Positions 58,311 through 64,000 of a DNA stretch of 64,000 bases are shown piece by piece. Position numbers and translations under genes: made by a program. This stretch comes from an uncultured Nitrososphaerota archaeon. Lineage in GTDB: Archaea; Thermoproteota; Nitrososphaeria; Nitrososphaerales; Gagatemarchaeaceae. Every line of letters begins with the position of its first letter. Positions within the stretch are counted from its first letter, which is position 1. Under the pieces are notes generated by a model. It was given only the letters and a program-made list of their open reading frames with translations, was not told the DNA's origin and made no database searches. Location: contig OY969807.1 in the NCBI GenBank assembly GCA_963703285.1, positions 1,120,001 through 1,184,000 on the forward strand, given 5' to 3'.

Positions 58311-59639
58311 TCATATGCTGGTGTAGATCAGTGCGATGTTCAGCGCCACTATGGAGCCCCCGACGACGAGCGCAAGGACGGTCGTCGAGTGCCGGTTAAC
58401 GAACGAGCCCATTACCTTCCTCTTGCTGGTGTACCAGATCAACGGGATCATCGGGAGCGGAATCAGTATGCTCAGGAAGACCTGGCTGTAGAAGAGCAGC
58501 GCCAGCGGACTGAGCCCTATGAGGATGCAGATCGTCGTGGGGAAGACGTTGACGCCCCGGGTGATGATCCGTCTCAGGTAAGGGTTCACCTTGACGCTGA
58601 GAAGCGAGGTCATGACCTCCTGCCCCGCCAGGGTCCCGACGACCGAGGAGGCGATCCCGGAAGCGAGGAGAGTCAGCGCGAAGATCTTGGGCGCGAAACT
58701 GCCGAAGAGCTTCCCCAGTACCTGGTACGCGTCGTTGATCTGCTGAATGTTCGTGTATCCGTGAGTGTAGAAGGCGGCGACGGCCATGACGAGAATCGCC
58801 ACGTTCACGCAGCCGGCGATCGAGAGGATGATGACCGTCTCCCGCTGGTGGAGCCTGAGGAACTTCTTCTTCGGGGCGCGGTCGTCCTCCTTGATTCCCC
58901 ACCTGCCCATCTTGGTCGCCGTAAGTGAGGAGTGCAGCCAGAGGACGTGGGGCATCACCGTGGCGCCGACTATTCCCACGACGACGAGGACGGCGCCGGC
59001 TGGGACGGATGGGAGTGTCGGGGTGACGGAGTGGATGGCAATCTGACTGATACTCGGGACGGTGATCAGGAGCTCGTAGAGGAAGCCTATGGCTATCACC
59101 GAGACGAAGGCCATGAAGAAGTACTCTATCACCCGGAAACGGTTGCTCGTCAGCGCCAGGAGGATGATGACGTCCAGCGCTCCGAAGATGCTCGCGTAGA
59201 GGAGAGGGATGTTGAAGAGGATGTTCAGCGCTATGACGGTCCCTAGATACTCGGCCAGGTCTGTCGCGGCTATAGCGAGTTCGGCCGCGAGCCAGTACGA
59301 AACGATGCGCCTTCTGGTCTTCAGCGAGCCCCGGAGGTGTTGCGCGAGGCTGTTCCCGGTCGCAATCCCCAGCTTTCCCGAGAGGTACTGCAGTACCATG
59401 GCGAAGATGCTCGCCATCCAGACGGCCCAGATCAGGGTGTAGCCGTAGACCGACCCCCCCGCAATATCCGTCCCGAAGTTCCCCGGGTCGATGTACGCGA
59501 GGCTCACTATCAGAGTCGGGCCTAGATATGCGATGAAATCGCGAACCGAGATGTGAGGGTTCCTCCTCTGCTGCTCGGTCACCTCCGGAATTTGCATCTG
59601 TTCCGGTGGCTGGAGGATTTTCTCGGGCGGTCCGCTCAT
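58311..59639 (-). CDS. mntH: NRAMP family divalent metal transporter
   Basis: AYIDPGN, GATVMPH..LHS. Confidence 0.92.
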   Translation of the reverse strand: MSGPPEKILQPPEQMQIPEVTEQQRRNPHISVRDFIAYLGPTLIVSLAYIDPGNFGTDIAGGSVYGYTLIWAVWMASIFAMVLQYLSGKLGIATGNSLAQHLRGSLKTRRRIVSYWLAAELAIAATDLAEYLGTVIALNILFNIPLLYASIFGALDVIILLALTSNRFRVIEYFFMAFVSVIAIGFLYELLITVPSISQIAIHSVTPTLPSVPAGAVLVVVGIVGATVMPHVLWLHSSLTATKMGRWGIKEDDRAPKKKFLRLHQRETVIILSIAGCVNVAILVMAVAAFYTHGYTNIQQINDAYQVLGKLFGSFAPKIFALTLLASGIASSVVGTLAGQEVMTSLLSVKVNPYLRRIITRGVNVFPTTICILIGLSPLALLFYSQVFLSILIPLPMIPLIWYTSKRKVMGSFVNRHSTTVLALVVGGSIVALNIALIYTSI

Positions 59640-59675
59640 GAACAGCTAGGTGGAAGAATTGCGCGATATATAAAC

Positions 59676-59689
59676 TTAGGTGACTCTAA
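59676..59689. promoter_or_regulatory. DtxR/MntR-type box
   Basis: TTAGG-TGAC-TCTAA imperfect palindrome beside the mntH TATA box. Confidence 0.5.
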
Positions 59690-59773
59690 TATTTTTTGGC
59701 AGTTCAAACCTTTGTAGACGTCTCAAAATGTTTTTAAGCTGTCGAACTTCGTCGGCCCTCCATCGAAGACGCG

Positions 59774-60196
59774 TTGAAGAGGACAACCCAGGTCAAGCAG
59801 GAGACGCCCAGGACGGAGGACTATCTAGAAGCCATCTACCACCTGGCTCATGACAAGGGCTACGCGAGCACCATCGACATAGCGGCCAGGCTCGAGGTCA
59901 GCGCGGCGAGCGTCTCGAACATGTTGAAGAGCCTGGCCGCCGGAGGGGACCTGACGTACGAGCCCTACCGCGGGATGAGATTGACCTCGAAGGGCGAGAG
60001 GGTCGCCAGGTCTGTGATCTCCAGGCACGAGACGCTCATGGAGTTCCTGACCATGTTAGGCGTGGACGAGGCGACGGCATACAGAGACGCAGAGGGAATC
60101 GAACACCACCTCCACCCGGAGACAGAGCGCGCGCTGGAGAAGTTGACGCAGTTCCTGCGGAATCATCGCGCCCTGTTGAAGGGCGTACGAGAGTAG
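59774..60196 (+). CDS. mntR: DtxR/MntR family metal-dependent regulator
   Basis: EDYLEAIY, YEPYRG..LT, RH..L..FL, DAEGIEHH. Confidence 0.9.
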   Translation: MKRTTQVKQETPRTEDYLEAIYHLAHDKGYASTIDIAARLEVSAASVSNMLKSLAAGGDLTYEPYRGMRLTSKGERVARSVISRHETLMEFLTMLGVDEATAYRDAEGIEHHLHPETERALEKLTQFLRNHRALLKGVRE

Positions 60197-60407
60197 TCCG
60201 GAAAGACCGTGAGAATATTCGTCTCGGCACACCTGCTCAAGACGAACATGCCCGGGCCTTCCATGTAGCCGACCGCGAAGAAGCAACCTGAACAGCGAGT
60301 GACGTGCCGGCGCGCCTCAGGGTCTCCCTTCGAATCAGGGGCCCCGCATTTGAATGCTCCTTCGAGGTGGGCGTTAATATCTGGCCCGTGGGTTTGGTTG
60401 CGTTCCT

Positions 60408-60698
60408 ATGAACGTCCTCGCTACGGACGTGCTCTTCTGGATGCTGATAGTCGGCTTCGTCGGGTTCGCGGCGATGGGCATCGACAAGGCGCTGGCGAGG
60501 TCGAACTGGGGCGAGAGGATAAGCGAGAGGACGCTGTGGGGCGTGGCGATGGCCGGCGGCTTCGTCGGGGTCGTTGTCGGCGCCCTGATCTTTCACCACA
60601 AGACCTCGAAGGTGGAATTCTGGCCGCCGGTCGTGCTCGCCGTCATCCTATGGGTCGCAATCCTGGTCTTGGTCAATCTCGGTCGTCTTTCGTACTAA
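60408..60698 (+). CDS. DUF1294 family membrane protein
   Basis: MGIDK..A..RISERTL..GG..HHKTSK. Confidence 0.85.
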   Translation: MNVLATDVLFWMLIVGFVGFAAMGIDKALARSNWGERISERTLWGVAMAGGFVGVVVGALIFHHKTSKVEFWPPVVLAVILWVAILVLVNLGRLSY

Positions 60699-60741
60699 TT
60701 TTAATACGGACTCTGGAGGGAACGGGTTCACGTCCAACAGA

Positions 60742-61218
60742 TTGCGGGGACCGAACATAAGAGAGGGAGAGGAGAAGGATTTACCCGTCCTTCTTGAGTT
60801 GATCAAGGACCTTGCGGCATTTGAGAATTCGACAGACCAGGTCACAAACTCCATCGAGCAGATGAGGCGGGAGAGGCAGTCGTTCGGCTTCTTCCTCGCG
60901 GAGGAGGATGGAAAGGTCCTCGGAGCCGCCGTCTATTTCTTCGCGTACTACACCTGGGTCGGGAAGAGTCTCTACCTGGACGACCTGTACGTGAGGCCCG
61001 AGCACAGACGCAAGAATGTGGGGAGCATGCTACTGAGGAAGGTCCTTGAGCTCGCGAAGAGAGAGGAGTGCAAGAGGGTGCGACTGCAGGTTCTCGACTG
61101 GAACGAGAATGCGATATCCTTCTACAAGAAGCACGGAGGCTCCGTCAGCGGCGAGTGGCTCAACTGCGATTTTGACGCCGAAGGAATCGGACACTTCCTT
61201 GACAAGAGTCCGCCGTGA
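60742..61218 (+). CDS. GNAT acetyltransferase (SSAT-like)
   Basis: LYLDDLYV.PEHR, VLDWN..AI.FY. Confidence 0.88.
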   Translation: MRGPNIREGEEKDLPVLLELIKDLAAFENSTDQVTNSIEQMRRERQSFGFFLAEEDGKVLGAAVYFFAYYTWVGKSLYLDDLYVRPEHRRKNVGSMLLRKVLELAKREECKRVRLQVLDWNENAISFYKKHGGSVSGEWLNCDFDAEGIGHFLDKSPP

Positions 61219-61322
61219 AGCGGGCAAGACCGTCGAGGCGCTGGGCTGGCCGACCCCGGACCATCTAGCGCGCAGGGCACGATGATAAAGTAAGAGCGGA
61301 CGGACCTGAACACTACTGAGCG

Positions 61323-61751
61323 TTATGGGAGGCCCTCGACATATCGGACGAAGGACGCCAGCTCCTCCCTGATAGGAGGTTCGAATTGCTCGCTATCCCT
61401 CGTTGACAGGACCTTGGCCCACAACCCCTTGACCCTTACGTCGAGCGTGGCCGTCACCTTCGTTCCCTCGGGCGTCTCCTCGAACGTGACCGTCCTCTTG
61501 GTCCGGGTGAACCTCTTCTCGCTCTCCCACTCGACCCTGCCGGGCGGGGTCAGCACAAGCCTCCTGGTAGCGCCCCGCGTTTCGCCGCCCGGCGTTTCCC
61601 CGCTCTCCAGGTAGACGGTGTCCCCCTCCCTCTTCGCGACCTTCACCGGGCCGGGGAGCTTCGCCCACTTGGGCATCGACTCGAAGTCGGTGTAGGCCGC
61701 GAAGACCTTTTCGCGCGGCGCCCTTGCAGTCACGGAGACTTCGATGTGCAC
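61323..61751 (-). CDS. SRPBCC family protein
   Basis: APREKVFAAYTDFESMPKW, FEETPEGTKV. Confidence 0.75.
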   Translation of the reverse strand: MHIEVSVTARAPREKVFAAYTDFESMPKWAKLPGPVKVAKREGDTVYLESGETPGGETRGATRRLVLTPPGRVEWESEKRFTRTKRTVTFEETPEGTKVTATLDVRVKGLWAKVLSTRDSEQFEPPIREELASFVRYVEGLP

Positions 61752-61810
61752 GGCAGCCGCCTAAAGCGGGGTCGGAGATTAAGGGGTTCCGGGGTGCCGG
61801 GGCGGCCGCA

Positions 61811-62242
61811 TCAGCTGGTCTGCTTCGGGGTCCCCGCCACGTAGCTGTTCCAGATCTTCAGCCTCGAGATGGTGTAGGCGAAGAGGAACCCCACAGCGAC
61901 GGCAAGGATGTATGCGATCGTGTAGACGATGACGGTGGAGAGCACGAGTGTGAGGACGTACTGGATTATCGTGGCCGCTGAGCCGTTGAGGAAGTACTTG
62001 GAGAACCGCCCGCGCGAGAGGAGCGGGGAGCGGAAGACGACCTCGGACTTCCAAGTGTAGTCAGTGAAGATCGAAGTCACGACGGCTATGAGGGTCGAGA
62101 GGTACAGGGGGAGGCCGACATCGTGAGTGAGGACGTAGAGCCAGCCGTCGATGATAAGGGCGTTGGCGGCGCCCGTCCCCGCGTAGAGAATCGAGAGCCG
62201 GTTCACGTAGAACCTGAAGAGGCGCCTGATCGTCGCTGCCAA
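61811..62242 (-). CDS. GtrA family membrane protein
   Basis: 4 TM helices, VVFR, RFSKY. Confidence 0.7.
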   Translation of the reverse strand: MAATIRRLFRFYVNRLSILYAGTGAANALIIDGWLYVLTHDVGLPLYLSTLIAVVTSIFTDYTWKSEVVFRSPLLSRGRFSKYFLNGSAATIIQYVLTLVLSTVIVYTIAYILAVAVGFLFAYTISRLKIWNSYVAGTPKQTS

Positions 62243-62301
62243 CTACGGACTCCTGTCCAATCCCCGGCCGAATCGCCTTGTAAGCGCACCGATTGAATTC
62301 T

Positions 62302-62787
62302 CTACTGGAACGTTATCTGGATGCCGACCTGCAGGGTGAACGGGACTCCCCCTATGAACGTGACCGCCCAGTTCTGGTACTGCATGTGCTTCTTGAAATC
62401 GTCGAGGACGGCCATCAACCTGCTCAGTATGATGCTGATCACCTTCTGAGCGACCTCCTGCCCTGCGTCGGAGAGGTCCGAGAACGTCGATTGGATCCTG
62501 TTTACGTGCAGGACGGTGCCCGAGATCGAGTCGATGACCTGCTGCCTGGCGGGCTGCTGTGACGGCGGAGGGCCGAGCAACGAGAGACCATGGGTGAAGT
62601 GCTGACTCAGGAACTCTCTGAGCTCGTCAATCTTTGCCGTCGCGGCGGTCGCCGACTGGACTATCTTTGCCTGATGCTCCGGCGCCATCTGGCCCTTGCT
62701 GACGAGGTCTGAGGTCAGCGAGTTGATGGTCTGCATGTCCGCATCCTGCAGGGAGGGGCCGGAGGAGGATGATTCGTCGGTCGCCAT
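62302..62787 (-). CDS. hypothetical protein
   Basis: ORF with good codon bias. Confidence 0.55.
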   Translation of the reverse strand: MATDESSSSGPSLQDADMQTINSLTSDLVSKGQMAPEHQAKIVQSATAATAKIDELREFLSQHFTHGLSLLGPPPSQQPARQQVIDSISGTVLHVNRIQSTFSDLSDAGQEVAQKVISIILSRLMAVLDDFKKHMQYQNWAVTFIGGVPFTLQVGIQITFQ

Positions 62788-62905
62788 GTTGGGCCAACCA
62801 CTCATGAGTCGTAGATAACGTTAGCGCGATCAGGAGGACCCTTCGGGAGAGAATGCCAGCGGGGCGCGCCAAAGACGTATATCGCAAGCGCGATACGAAA
62901 GACCC

Positions 62906-64000
62906 ATGTCTGTAAGGCTATCGACGGGCGAAGAGATACCCATAGAGATGCACAAGGCACGGATGGTGCAGAAGATACAGCTGGTCCCTGTCGAGCGGCG
63001 GCTCGAGGCAATCGGGGAAGCAGGTTACAACACCTTCCTCCTCAAGACGAAGGACGTTTTCCTGGACATGCTAACGGACAGCGGTGTCAACGCGATGAGC
63101 GACAACCAGTTCGCCGGCATGATGAACGCCGACGACGCCTACGCGGGGAGCATGACCTTCTACGAGTTCGCGAAGGCGGTTGAGGACGTGCTGGGGTTCA
63201 AGCACGTCATGAACACCCACCAGGGAAGGGGAGCCGAGCACCTGCTGGCGAAGGTGTTCGCCAAGCCCGGAGGCGTCGTCCCAACTAACTACCACTTCAC
63301 AACTACCAAGGCCCACATAGAGCTGCAGGGGATGCGGGTATTGGAGATCTACTACGACGACGCGCTGAAGACGGAGAGCCCCAACCCGTTCAAGGGAAAC
63401 ATGGACCCCGACAAGCTGAGGAGGGTCGTCGACGAGTACGGGACGGAGAAGATAGGCTTCGTGCGGATGGAGGCCACGACCAACCTCATCGGCGGCCAGC
63501 CGTTCTCGATGGAGAACCTGAAGGAGATAGGGCGGATCTGCTCCGAGAACGGCCTCCTCCTCGTCCTGGACGGCAGCCTGATTTGCGAGAACGCGTACAT
63601 GATAGGCCAGCGAGAGAAGGGATACGAGGGGAAGACGGTCGCCGAGATTGTCAAGGAGATGTGCAGCGTCCCCGACGTCTACTACATGAGCGGAAGGAAG
63701 AACACGAGCGTCAGGGGCGGGTGCATCGCGACCAACGACCTGGGGATCTTCGAGCTGATAAAACCCTGGCTGCCCGTCTACGAGGGCTTCATCACCTATG
63801 GCGGGATGTCCATGAGGGAGATCGGCGCCATGGCCGTCGGGATGAGGGAGATGGTCGACCCCAGCGTCGCGGGATGCTCTGTGGAGCAGATCAGGTACTT
63901 CGTAAACAAGCTCGTCAAGGCGGGCATCCCGGCCGTCACGCCGCCGGGAGGACTAGCCTGCCACCTCGACGCGAAGAGGTTCCTCCCCCAGGTCCCGCAG
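62906..64000 (+). CDS. tnaA: tryptophanase / tyrosine phenol-lyase family PLP enzyme (runs off window end)
   Basis: EAGYNTFLL, DMLTDSG, DDAYAGS, HQGRGAE, FKGNMD, MSGRK, YEGFITYGGM. Confidence 0.8.
   Translation, partial: MSVRLSTGEEIPIEMHKARMVQKIQLVPVERRLEAIGEAGYNTFLLKTKDVFLDMLTDSGVNAMSDNQFAGMMNADDAYAGSMTFYEFAKAVEDVLGFKHVMNTHQGRGAEHLLAKVFAKPGGVVPTNYHFTTTKAHIELQGMRVLEIYYDDALKTESPNPFKGNMDPDKLRRVVDEYGTEKIGFVRMEATTNLIGGQPFSMENLKEIGRICSENGLLLVLDGSLICENAYMIGQREKGYEGKTVAEIVKEMCSVPDVYYMSGRKNTSVRGGCIATNDLGIFELIKPWLPVYEGFITYGGMSMREIGAMAVGMREMVDPSVAGCSVEQIRYFVNKLVKAGIPAVTPPGGLACHLDAKRFLPQVPQ

Noticed and set aside
62920-62940. GGCGAAGAGAT matching the tes repeat core
   Set aside because: It lies inside the tnaA coding frame (G-E-E-I) with no flanking similarity; chance match.

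Overview
High-GC archaeal chromosomal window, probably a Nitrososphaerota-like lineage (inferred from the tetraether synthase Tes, an ESCRT-III CdvB, DsrEFH/Tus-like genes and TATA-type promoters). The left ~7 kb and the right ~24 kb are mostly housekeeping, transport and regulatory genes. Between them, starting right after the stop codon of the tes radical-SAM gene (5332-7005), is a ~30 kb accessory region. Main observation: the last ~60-100 bp of tes recur downstream in the same orientation, in intergenic positions. There are 6 clear copies (8477, 28635, 29850, 30409, 32237, 35156) and 2 degenerate ones (33441, 34643). Each copy separates a cargo module. Many differences from tes fall at synonymous positions, suggesting these were once functional ends of other tes alleles. 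This looks like a cassette-accretion array anchored in the 3' end of an archaeal lipid gene, and no integrase is visible in the window. The cargo includes an ApeA-like HEPN protein and a frameshifted GmrSD (DUF262-DUF1524) nuclease. It also includes a Dam methylase + wHTH + PLD-helicase + small protein + DndD-like ATPase + DndE-like operon lacking DndC. Further cargo is a stand-alone CHAT protease between inverted LAGLIDADG remnants, several nucleases, an origin-like non-coding segment beside coiled-coil genes, two AbrB-VapC toxin-antitoxin pairs and small detoxification genes. No rRNA, tRNA, CRISPR array or transposase was recognised. All family assignments come from motif recognition by eye, not from database searches.
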